Source of the DNA: Auanema rhodensis
Taxonomy: Eukaryota > Animalia > Nematoda
Assembly (NCBI GenBank): GCA_964057225.1
Contig: OZ059895.1
Span: 21,514,001-21,578,000, forward strand
DNA: 64,000 nt
Direction of reading: 5' to 3'
Position 1 is the first letter of the stretch, and every line of letters begins with the position of its first letter. Shown here in pieces: positions 1 to 12,900 of this stretch. The position numbers and the translations under genes are program-made. Below the pieces are notes generated by a model. The model did not search any database. It was not told the DNA's origin and was given only the letters and a program-made list of their open reading frames with translations.

Positions 1-3000
1 CCGAGATATCAACTGATATAAGTTCACACTTATATCCTCGATTTTCACCCTGAGGAATTGATTTTTTCGTTGAATAACATTGTCCATCGTCTTTGCCTTG
101 AAAAAAGGAATCTAAAAACATCTACTTTTGCTAGATTATTTTGAAATTTCTCGAAAAAATTTTTGTCAAAATGTTTTTGGAAGCAATGTTGAGTGTACAT
201 GGAAACTCAACATACACTAATGCATAATTTTTCAAACGATCATAACTAATTTTTGTATTAAGCGTTTCTCAGTGTAGTATAGTGCATTCGATGCGGATTT
301 TTAAGCTGCGTCGATCTGTGTTATCAGATTTGCGCTAGCTTAAAAATGCACCGAGATATCAACTGATATAAGTTCACACTTATATCCTCGATTTTCACCC
401 TGAAGAATTGATTTTTTCGTTGAATAACATTGTCCATCGTCTTTGCCTTAAAAAAAGGAATCTAAAAACATCTACTTTTGCTAAATTATTTTGAAATTTT
501 TCGAAAAAATTTTTGTCAAAATGTTTTTGGAAGCAATGTTGAGTGTACATGGAAACTCAACATACACTAATGCATCATTTTTCAAACGATCATAACTAAT
601 TTTTCTATAAAGCGTTTCTCAATGTAGTATAGTGCATTCGATGCGGATTTTTAAGCTGCGTCGATCTGTGTTATCAGATTTGCGCTAGCTTAAAAATGCA
701 CCGAGATATCAACTGATATAAGTTCACACTTATATCCTCGATTTTCACCCTGAAGAATTAATTTTTTCGTTGAATAACATTGTCTATCGTCTTTGCCTTA
801 AAAAAAGGAATCTAAAAACATCTACTTTTTGATAAATTATTTTAAAATTTTTCGAAAAAATTTTTGTCAAAATGTTTTTGGAAGCAATGTTGAGTGTACA
901 TGGAAACTCAACATACACTAATGCATAATTTTTCAAACGATCATAACTAATTTTTGTATTAAGCGTTTCTCAGTGTAGTATAGTGCATTCGATGCGGATT
1001 TTTAAGCTGCGTCGATCTGTGTTATCAGATTTGCGCTAGCTTAAAAATGCACCGAGATATCAACTGATATAAGTTCACACTTATATCCTCGATTTTCACC
1101 CTGAAGAATTGATTTTTTCGTTGAATAACATTGTCCATCGTCTTTGCCTTGAAAAAAGGAATCTAAAAACATCTACTTTTGCTAGATTATTTTGAAATTT
1201 CTCGAAAAAATTTTTGTCAAAATGTTTTTGGAAGCAATGTTGAGTGTACATGGAAACTCAACATACACTAATGCATCATTTTTCAAACGATCATAACTAA
1301 TTTTTCTATAAAGCGTTTCTCAATGTAGTATAGTGCATTCGATGCGGATTTTTAAGCTGCGTCGATCTGTGTTATCAGATTTGCGCTAGCTTAAAAATGC
1401 ACCGAGATATCAACTGATATAAGTTCACACTTATATCCTCGATTTTCACCCTGAAGAATTAATTTTTTCGTTGAATAACATTGTCCATCGTCTTTGCCTT
1501 AAAAAAAGGAATCTAAAAACATCTACTTTTTGATGAATTATTTTAAAATTTTTCGAAAAAATTTTTGTCAAAATGTTTTTGGAAGCAATGTTGAGTGTAC
1601 ATGGAAACTCAACATACACTAATGCATAATTTTTCAAACGATCATAACTAATTTTTGTATTAAGCGTTTCTCAATGTAGTATAGTGCATTCGATGCGGAT
1701 TTTTAAGCTGCGTCGATCTGTGTTATCAGATTTGCGCTAGCTTAAAAATGCACCGAGATATCAACTGATATAAGTTCACACTTATATCCTCGATTTTCAC
1801 CCTGAAGAATTAATTTTTTCGTTGAATAACATTGTCCATCGTCTTTGCCTTAAAAAAAGGAATCTAAAAACATCTACTTTTTGATAAATTATTTTAAAAT
1901 TTTTCGAAAAAATTTTTGTCAAAATGTTTTTGGAAGCAATGTTGAGTGTACATGGAAACTCAACATACACTAATGCATAATTTTTCAAACGATCATAACT
2001 AATTTTTGTATTAAGCGTTTCTCAATGTAGTATAGTGCATTCGATGCGGATTTTTGAGCTGCGTCGATCTGTGTTATCAGATTTGCGCTAGCTTAAAAAT
2101 GCACCGAGATATCAACTGATATAAGTTCACACTTATATCCTCGATTTTCACCCTGAAGAATTAATTTTTTCGTTGAATAACAATGTCCATCGTCTTTGCC
2201 TTGAAAAAAGGAATCTAAAAACATCTACTTTTTGCTAAATTATATTGAAATTTTTCGAAAAAATTTTTGTCAAAATGTTTTTGGAAGCAATGTTGAGTGT
2301 ACATGGAAACTCAACATACACTAATGCATCATTTTTCAAACGATCATAACTAATTTTTCTATAAAGCGTTTCTCAATGTAGTATAGTGCATTCGATGCGG
2401 ATTTTTAAGCTGCGTCGATCTGTGTTATCAGATTTGCGCTAGCTTAAAAATGCACCGAGATATCAACTGATATAAGTTCACACTTATATCCTCGATTTTC
2501 ACCCTGAAGAATTAATTTTTTCGTTGAATAACATTGTCCATCGTCTTTGCCTTAAAAAAAGGAATCTAAAAACATCTACTTTTTGATAAATTATTTTAAA
2601 ATTTTTCGAAAAAATTTTTGTCAAAATGTTTTTGGAAGCAATGTTGAGTGTACATGGAAACTCAACATACACTAATGCATAATTTTTCAAACGATCATAA
2701 CTAATTTTTGTATTAAGCGTTTCTCAATGTAGTATAGTGCATCCGATGCGGATTTTTAAGCTGCGTCGATCTGTGTTATCAGATTTGCGCTAGCTTAAAA
2801 ATGCACCGAGATATCAACTGATATAAGTTCACACTTATATCCTCGATTTTCACCCTGAAGAATTAATTTTTTCGTTGAATAACATTGTCCATCGTCTTTG
2901 CCTTAAAAAAAGGAATCTAAAAACATCTACTTTTTGATAAATTATTTTAAAATTTTTCGAAAAAATTTTTGTCAAAATGTTTTTGGAAGCAATGTTGAGT

Positions 3001-6000
3001 GTACATGGAAACTCAACATACACTAATGCATAATTTTTCAAACGATCATAACTAATTTTTGTATTAAGCGTTTCTCAATGTAGTATAGTGCATTCGATGC
3101 GGATTTTTGAGCTGCGTCGATCTGTGTTATCAGATTTGCGCTAGCTTAAAAATGCACCGAGATATCAACTGATATAAGTTCACACTTATATCCTCGATTT
3201 TCACCCTGAAGAATTAATTTTTTCGTTGAATAACAATGTCCATCGTCTTTGCCTTGAAAAAAGGAATCTAAAAACATCTACTTTTTGCTAAATTATATTG
3301 AAATTTTTCGAAAAAATTTTTGTCAAAATGTTTTTGGAAGCAATGTTGAGTGTACATGGAAACTCAACATACACTAATGCATCATTTTTCAAACGATCAT
3401 AACTAATTTTTCTATAAAGCGTTTCTCAATGTAGTATAGTGCATTCGATGCGGATTTTTAAGCTGCGTCGATCTGTGTTATCAGATTTGCGCTAGCTTAA
3501 AAATGCACCGAGATATCAACTGATATAAGTTCACACTTATATCCTCGATTTTCACCCTGAGGAATTGATTTTTTCGTTGAATAACATTGTCCATCGTCTT
3601 TGCCTTGAAAAAAGGAATCTAAAAACATCTACTTTTGCTAGATTATTTTGAAATTTCTCGAAAAAATTTTTGTCAAAATGTTTTTGGAAGCAATGTTGAG
3701 TGTACATGGAAACTCAACATACACTAATGCATAATTTTTCAAACGATCATAACTAATTTTTGTATTAAGCGTTTCTCAGTGTAGTATAGTGCATTCGATG
3801 CGGATTTTTAAGCTGCGTCGATCTGTGTTATCAGATTTGCGCTAGCTTAAAAATGCACCGAGATATCAACTGATATAAGTTCACACTTATATCCTCGATT
3901 TTCACCCTGAAGAATTGATTTTTTCGTTGAATAACATTGTCCATCGTCTTTGCCTTAAAAAAAGGAATCTAAAAACATCTACTTTTGCTAAATTATTTTG
4001 AAATTTTTCGAAAAAATTTTTGTCAAAATGTTTTTGGAAGCAATGTTGAGTGTACATGGAAACTCAACATACACTAATGCATCATTTTTCAAACGATCAT
4101 AACTAATTTTTCTATAAAGCGTTTCTCAATGTAGTATAGTGCATTCGATGCGGATTTTTAAGCTGCGTCGATCTGTGTTATCAGATTTGCGCTAGCTTAA
4201 AAATGCACCGAGATATCAACTGATATAAGTTCACACTTATATCCTCGATTTTCACCCTGAAGAATTAATTTTTTCGTTGAATAACATTGTCTATCGTCTT
4301 TGCCTTAAAAAAAGGAATCTAAAAACATCTACTTTTTGATAAATTATTTTAAAATTTTTCGAAAAAATTTTTGTCAAAATGTTTTTGGAAGCAATGTTGA
4401 GTGTACATGGAAACTCAACATACACTAATGCATAATTTTTCAAACGATCATAACTAATTTTTGTATTAAGCGTTTCTCAGTGTAGTATAGTGCATTCGAT
4501 GCGGATTTTTAAGCTGCGTCGATCTGTGTTATCAGATTTGCGCTAGCTTAAAAATGCACCGAGATATCAACTGATATAAGTTCACACTTATATCCTCGAT
4601 TTTCACCCTGAAGAATTGATTTTTTCGTTGAATAACATTGTCCATCGTCTTTGCCTTGAAAAAAGGAATCTAAAAACATCTACTTTTGCTAGATTATTTT
4701 GAAATTTCTCGAAAAAATTTTTGTCAAAATGTTTTTGGAAGCAATGTTGAGTGTACATGGAAACTCAACATACACTAATGCATCATTTTTCAAACGATCA
4801 TAACTAATTTTTCTATAAAGCGTTTCTCAATGTAGTATAGTGCATTCGATGCGGATTTTTAAGCTGCGTCGATCTGTGTTATCAGATTTGCGCTAGCTTA
4901 AAAATGCACCGAGATATCAACTGATATAAGTTCACACTTATATCCTCGATTTTCACCCTGAAGAATTAATTTTTTCGTTGAATAACATTGTCCATCGTCT
5001 TTGCCTTAAAAAAAGGAATCTAAAAACATCTACTTTTTGATGAATTATTTTAAAATTTTTCGAAAAAATTTTTGTCAAAATGTTTTTGGAAGCAATGTTG
5101 AGTGTACATGGAAACTCAACATACACTAATGCATAATTTTTCAAACGATCATAACTAATTTTTGTATTAAGCGTTTCTCAATGTAGTATAGTGCATTCGA
5201 TGCGGATTTTTAAGCTGCGTCGATCTGTGTTATCAGATTTGCGCTAGCTTAAAAATGCACCGAGATATCAACTGATATAAGTTCACACTTATATCCTCGA
5301 TTTTCACCCTGAAGAATTAATTTTTTCGTTGAATAACATTGTCCATCGTCTTTGCCTTAAAAAAAGGAATCTAAAAACATCTACTTTTTGATAAATTATT
5401 TTAAAATTTTTCGAAAAAATTTTTGTCAAAATGTTTTTGGAAGCAATGTTGAGTGTACATGGAAACTCAACATACACTAATGCATAATTTTTCAAACGAT
5501 CATAACTAATTTTTGTATTAAGCGTTTCTCAATGTAGTATAGTGCATTCGATGCGGATTTTTGAGCTGCGTCGATCTGTGTTATCAGATTTGCGCTAGCT
5601 TAAAAATGCACCGAGATATCAACTGATATAAGTTCACACTTATATCCTCGATTTTCACCCTGAAGAATTAATTTTTTCGTTGAATAACAATGTCCATCGT
5701 CTTTGCCTTGAAAAAAGGAATCTAAAAACATCTACTTTTTGCTAAATTATATTGAAATTTTTCGAAAAAATTTTTGTCAAAATGTTTTTGGAAGCAATGT
5801 TGAGTGTACATGGAAACTCAACATACACTAATGCATCATTTTTCAAACGATCATAACTAATTTTTCTATAAAGCGTTTCTCAATGTAGTATAGTGCATTC
5901 GATGCGGATTTTTAAGCTGCGTCGATCTGTGTTATCAGATTTGCGCTAGCTTAAAAATGCACCGAGATATCAACTGATATAAGTTCACACTTATATCCTC

Positions 6001-6951
6001 GATTTTCACCCTGAAGAATTAATTTTTTCGTTGAATAACATTGTCCATCGTCTTTGCCTTAAAAAAAGGAATCTAAAAACATCTACTTTTTGATAAATTA
6101 TTTTAAAATTTTTCGAAAAAATTTTTGTCAAAATGTTTTTGGAAGCAATGTTGAGTGTACATGGAAACTCAACATACACTAATGCATAATTTTTCAAACG
6201 ATCATAACTAATTTTTGTATTAAGCGTTTCTCAATGTAGTATAGTGCATCCGATGCGGATTTTTAAGCTGCGTCGATCTGTGTTATCAGATTTGCGCTAG
6301 CTTAAAAATGCACCGAGATATCAACTGATATAAGTTCACACTTATATCCTCGATTTTCACCCTGAAGAATTAATTTTTTCGTTGAATAACATTGTCCATC
6401 GTCTTTGCCTTAAAAAAAGGAATCTAAAAACATCTACTTTTTGATAAATTATTTTAAAATTTTTCGAAAAAATTTTTGTCAAAATGTTTTTGGAAGCAAT
6501 GTTGAGTGTACATGGAAACTCAACATACACTAATGCATAATTTTTCAAACGATCATAACTAATTTTTGTATTAAGCGTTTCTCAATGTAGTATAGTGCAT
6601 TCGATGCGGATTTTTGAGCTGCGTCGATCTGTGTTATCAGATTTGCGCTAGCTTAAAAATGCACCGAGATATCAACTGATATAAGTTCACACTTATATCC
6701 TCGATTTTCACCCTGAAGAATTAATTTTTTCGTTGAATAACAATGTCCATCGTCTTTGCCTTGAAAAAAGGAATCTAAAAACATCTACTTTTTGCTAAAT
6801 TATATTGAAATTTTTCGAAAAAATTTTTGTCAAAATGTTTTTGGAAGCAATGTTGAGTGTACATGGAAACTCAACATACACTAATGCATCATTTTTCAAA
6901 CGATCATAACTAATTTTTCTATAAAGCGTTTCTCAATGTAGTATAGTGCAT
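1..6951 (+). repeat. 10-monomer (3507-bp) higher-order duplication within the satellite
   Basis: Rare SNPs recur at +3507: 785/4292 (TGTCTATC) and 2743/6250 (GCATCCG). ORF-track positions 1446, 1797, 2499, 2850 recur at 4953, 5304, 6006, 6357. Confidence 0.9.
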
Positions 6952-9900
6952 CCGATGCGGATTTTTAAGCTGCGTCGATCTGTGTTATCAGATTTGCGCT
7001 AGCTTAAAAATGCACCGAGATATCAACTGATATAAGTTCACACTTATATCCTCGATTTTCACCCTGAAGAATTAATTTTTTCGTTGAATAACATTGTCCA
7101 TCGTCTTTGCCTTAAAAAAAGGAATCTAAAAACATCTACTTTTTGATAAATTATTTTAAAATTTTTCGAAAAAATTTTTGTCAAAATGTTTTTGGAAGCA
7201 ATGTTGAGTGTACATGGAAACTCAACATACACTAATGCATAATTTTTCAAACGATCATAACTAATTTTTGTATTAAGCGTTTCTCAATGTAGTATAGTGC
7301 ATTCGATGCGGATTTTTGAGCTGCGTCGATCTGTGTTATCAGATTTGCGCTAGCTTAAAAATGCACCGAGATATCAACTGATATAAGTTCACACTTATAT
7401 CCTCGATTTTCACCCTGAAGAATTAATTTTTTCGTTGAATAACAATGTCCATCGTCTTTGCCTTGAAAAAAGGAATCTAAAAACATCTACTTTTTGCTAA
7501 ATTATATTGAAATTTTTCGAAAAAATTTTTGTCAAAATGTTTTTGGAAGCAATGTTGAGTGTACATGGAAACTCAACATACACTAATGCATCATTTTTCA
7601 AACGATCATAACTAATTTTTCTATAAAGCGTTTCTCAATGTAGTATAGTGCATTCGATGCGGATTTTTAAGCTGCGTCGATCTGTGTTATCAGATTTGCG
7701 CTAGCTTAAAAATGCACCGAGATATCAACTGATATAAGTTCACACTTATATCCTCGATTTTCACCCTGAGGAATTGATTTTTTCGTTGAATAACATTGTC
7801 CATCGTCTTTGCCTTGAAAAAAGGAATCTAAAAACATCTACTTTTGCTAGATTATTTTGAAATTTCTCGAAAAAATTTTTGTCAAAATGTTTTTGGAAGC
7901 AATGTTGAGTGTACATGGAAACTCAACATACACTAATGCATCATTTTTCAAACGATCATAACTAATTTTTCTATAAAGCGTTTCTCAATGTAGTATAGTG
8001 CATTCGATGCGGATTTTTAAGCTGCGTCGATCTGTGTTATCAGATTTGCGCTAGCTTAAAAATGCACCGAGATATCAACTGATATAAGTTCACACTTATA
8101 TCCTCGATTTTCACCCTGAAGAATTAATTTTTTCGTTGAATAACATTGTCCATCGTCTTTGCCTTAAAAAAAGGAATCTAAAAACATCTACTTTTTGATA
8201 AATTATTTTAAAATTTTTCGAAAAAATTTTTGTCAAAATGTTTTTGGAAGCAATGTTGAGTGTACATGGAAACTCAACATACACTAATGCATAATTTTTC
8301 AAACGATCATAACTAATTTTTGTATTAAGCGTTTCTCAATGTAGTATAGTGCATTCGATGCGGATTTTTGAGCTGCGTCGATCTGTGTTATCAGATTTGC
8401 GCTAGCTTAAAAATGCACCGAGATATCAACTGATATAAGTTCACACTTATATCCTCGATTTTCACCCTGAAGAATTAATTTTTTCGTTGAATAACATTGT
8501 CCATCGTCTTTGCCTTGAAAAAAGGAATCTAAAAACATCTACTTTTTGCTAAATTATATTGAAATTTTTCGAAAAAATTTTTGTCAAAATGTTTTTGGAA
8601 GCAATGTTGAGTGTACATGGAAACTCAACATACACTAATGCATCATTTTTCAAACGATCATAACTAATTTTTCTATAAAGCGTTTCTCAATGTAGTATAG
8701 TGCATTCGATGCGGATTTTTAAGCTGCGTCGATCTGTGTTATCAGATTTGCGCTAGCTTAAAAATGCACCGAGATATCAACTGATATAAGTTCACACTTA
8801 TATCCTCGATTTTCAACCTGAAGAATTAATTTTTTCGTTGAATAACATTGTCCATCGTCTTTGCCTTGAAAAAAGGAATCTAAAAACATCTACTTTTTGC
8901 TAAATTATATTGAAATTTTTCGAAAAAATTTTTGTCAAAATGTTTTTGGAAGCAATGTTGAGTGTACATGGAAACTCAACATACACTAATGCATCATTTT
9001 TCAAACGATCATAACTAATTTTTCTATAAAGCGTTTCTCAATGTAGTATAGTGCATTCGATGCGGATTTTTAAGCTGCGTCGATCTGTGTTCTCAGATTT
9101 GCGCTAGCTTAAAAATGCACCGAGATATCAACTGATATAAGTTCACACTTATATCCTCGATTTTCACCCTGAAGAATTAATTTTTTCGTTGAATAACATT
9201 GTCCATCGTCTTTGCCTTAAAAAAAGGAATCTAAAAACATCTACTTGTGCTAGATTATTTTGAAATTTCTCGAAAAAATTTTTGTCAAAATGTTTTTGGA
9301 AGCAATGTTGAGTGTACATGGAAACTCAACATACACTAATGCATCATTTTTCAAACGATCATAACTAATTTTTCTATAAAGCGTTTCTCAATGTAGTATA
9401 GTGCATTCGATGCGGATTTTTAAGCTGCGTCGATCTGTGTTCTCAGATTTGCGCTAGCTTAAAAATGCACCGAGATATCAACTGATATAAGTTCACACTT
9501 ATATCCTCGATTTTCACCCTGAAGAATTAATTTTTTCGTTGAATAACATTGTCCATCGTCTTTGCCTTAAAAAAAGGAATCTAAAAACATCTACTTGTGC
9601 TAGATTATTTTGAAATTTCTCGAAAAAATTTTTGTCAAAATGTTTTTGAAAGCAATGTTGAGTGTACATGGAAACTCAACATACACTAATGCATAATTTT
9701 TCAAACGATCATAACTAATTTTTGTATTAAGCGTTTCTCAGTGTAGTACAGTGCATTCGATGCGGATTTTTAAGCTGCGTCGATCTGTGTTATCAGATTT
9801 GCGCTAGCTTAAAAATGCACCGAGATATCAACTGAAATAAGTTCACACTTATATCCTCGATTTTCACCCTGAAGAATTAATTTTTTCGTTGAATAACATT

Positions 9901-12900
9901 GTCCATCGTCTTTGCCTTAAAAAAAGGAATCTAAAAACATCTACTTTTTGATAAATTATTTTAAAATTTTTCGAAAAAATTTTTGTCAAAATGTTTTTGG
10001 AAGCAATGTTGAGTGTACATGGAAACTCAACATACACTAATGCATAATTTTTCAAACGATCATAACTAATTTTTGTATTAAGCGTTTCTCAATGTAGTAT
10101 AGTGCATTCGATGCGGATTTTTAAGCTGCGTCGATCTGTGTTATCAGATTTGCGCTAGCTTAAAAATGCACCGAGATATCAACTGATATAAGTTCACACT
10201 TATATCCTCGATTTTCAACCTGAAGAATTAATTTTTTCGTTGAATAACATTGTCCATCGTCTTTGCCTTGAAGAAAGGAATCTAAAAACATCTACTTTTT
10301 GCTAAATTATATTGAAATTTTTCGAAAAAATTTTTGTCAAAATGTTTTTGGAAGCAATGTTGAGTGTACATGGAAACTCAACATACACTAATGCATCATT
10401 TTTCAAACGATCATAACTAATTTTTCTATAAAGCGTTTCTCAATGTAGTATAGTGCATTCGATGCGGATTTTTAAGCTGCGTCGATCTGTGTTCTCAGAT
10501 TTGCGCTAGCTTAAAAATGCACCGAGATATCAACTGATATAAGTTCACACTTATATCCTCGATTTTCACCCTGAAGAATTAATTTTTTCGTTGAATAACA
10601 TTGTCCATCGTCTTTGCCTTAAAAAAAGGAATCTAAAAACATCTACTTGTGCTAGATTATTTTGAAATTTCTCGAAAAAATTTTTGTCAAAATGTTTTTG
10701 GAAGCAATGTTGAGTGTACATGGAAACTCAACATACACTAATGCATCATTTTTCAAACGATCATAACTAATTTTTCTATAAAGCGTTTCTCAATGTAGTA
10801 TAGTGCATTCGATGCGGATTTTTAAGCTGCGTCGATCTGTGTTATCAGATTTGCGCTAGCTTAAAAATGCACCAAGATATCAACTGATATAAGTTCACAC
10901 TTATATCCTCGATTTTCACCCTGAAGAATTAATTTTTTCGTTGAATAACATTGTCCATCGTCTTTGCCTTAAAAAAAGTAATCTAAAAACATCTACTTTT
11001 TGATAAATTATTTTAAAACTTTTCGAAAAAATTTTTGTCAAAATGTTTTTGGAAGCAATGTTGAGTGTACATGGAAACTCAACATACACTAATGCATAAT
11101 TTTTCAAACGATCATAACTAATTTTTGTATTAAGCGTTTCTCAGTGTAGTATAGTGCATTCGATGCGGATTTTTAAGCTGCGTCGATCTGTGTTATCAGA
11201 TTTGCGCTAGCTTAAAAATGCACCGAGATATCAACTGATATAAGTTCACACTTATATCCTCGATTTTCACCCTGAAGAATTAATTTTTTCGTTGAATAAC
11301 ATTGTCCATCGTCTTTGCCTTGAAAAAAGGAATCTAAAAACATCTACTTTTGCTAGATTATTTTGAAATTTTTCGAAAAAATTTTTGTCAAAATGTTTTT
11401 GGAAGCAATGTTGAGTGTACATGGAAACTCAACATACACTAATGCATAATTTTTCAAACGATCATAACTAATTTTTGTATTAAGCGTTTCTCAATGTAGT
11501 ATAGTGCATTCGATGCGGATTTTTAAGCTGCGTCGATCTGTGTTATCAGATTTGCGCTAGCTTAAAAATGCACCGAGATATCAACTGATATAAGTTCACA
11601 CTTATATCCTCGATTTTCAACCTGAAGAATTAATTTTTTCGTTGAATAACATTGTCCATCGTCTTTGCCTTGAAAAAAGGAATCTAAAAACATCTACTTT
11701 TTGCTAAATTATATTGAAATTTTTCGAAAAAATTTTTGTCAAAATGTTTTTGGAAGCAATGTTGAGTGTACATGGAAACTCAACATACACTAATGCATCA
11801 TTTTTCAAACGATCATAACTAATTTTTCTATAAAGCGTTTCTCAATGTAGTATAGTGCATTCGATGCGGATTTTTAAGCTGCGTCGATCTGTGTTATCAG
11901 ATTTGCGCTAGCTTAAAAATGCACCGAGATATCAACTGATATAAGTTCACACTTATATCCTCGATTTTCAACCTGAAGAATTAATTTTTTCGTTGAATAA
12001 CATTGTCCATCGTCTTTGCCTTGAAAAAAGGAATCTATAAACATCTACTTTTGCTAGATTATTTTGAAATTTCTCGAAAAAATTTTTGTCAAAATGTTTT
12101 TGCAAGCAATGTTGAGTGTACATGGAAACTCAACATACACTAATGCATCATTTTTCAAACGATCATAACTAATTTTTCTATAAAGCGTTTCTCAATGTAG
12201 TATAGTGCATTCGATGCGGATTTTTAAGCTGCGTCGATCTGTGTTATCAGATTTGCGCTAGCTTAAAAATGCACCGAGATATCAACTGATATAAGTTCAC
12301 ACTTATATCCTCGATTTTCACCCTGAAGAATTGATTTTTTCGTTGAATAACATTGTCCATCGTCTTTGCCTTGAAAAAAGGAATCTAAAAACATCTACTT
12401 TTGCTGGATTATTCTGAAATTTCTCGAAAAAATTTTTGTCAAAATGTTTTTGGAAGCAATGTTGAGTGTACATGGAAACTCAACATACACTAATGCATAA
12501 TTTTTCAAACGATCATAACTAATTTTTGTATTAAGCGTTTCTCAATGTAGTATAGTGCATTCGATGCGGATTTTTAAGCTGCGTCGATCTGTGTTATCAG
12601 ATTTGCGCTAGCTTAAAAATGCACCGAGATATCAACTGATATAAGTTCACACTTATATCCTCGATTTTCACCCTGAAGAATTGATTTTTTCGTTGAATAA
12701 CATTGTCCATCGTCTTTGCCTTGAAAAAAGGAATCTAAAAACATCTACTTTTGCTAGATTATTTTGAAATTTCTCGAAAAAATTTTTGTCAAAATGTTTT
12801 TGGAAGCAATGTTGAGTGTACATGGAAACTCAACATACACTAATGCATCATTTTTCAAACGATCATAACTAATTTTTCTATAAAGCGTTTCTCAATGTAG

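Noticed and set aside
244-285. Loose resemblance of AACTAA...GTTTCT...TGTAGTATAGTG to a kinetoplastid spliced-leader exon, plus Sm-like AATTTTTG words
   Set aside because: Lacks the conserved AACTAACGCT start and a proper donor context. These words are expected by chance in T-rich DNA, and the element does not look like CRE/SLACS.
1-350. Monomer as a dimer of ~175-bp subunits
   Set aside because: I could not align the two halves convincingly by eye; length alone is not evidence.
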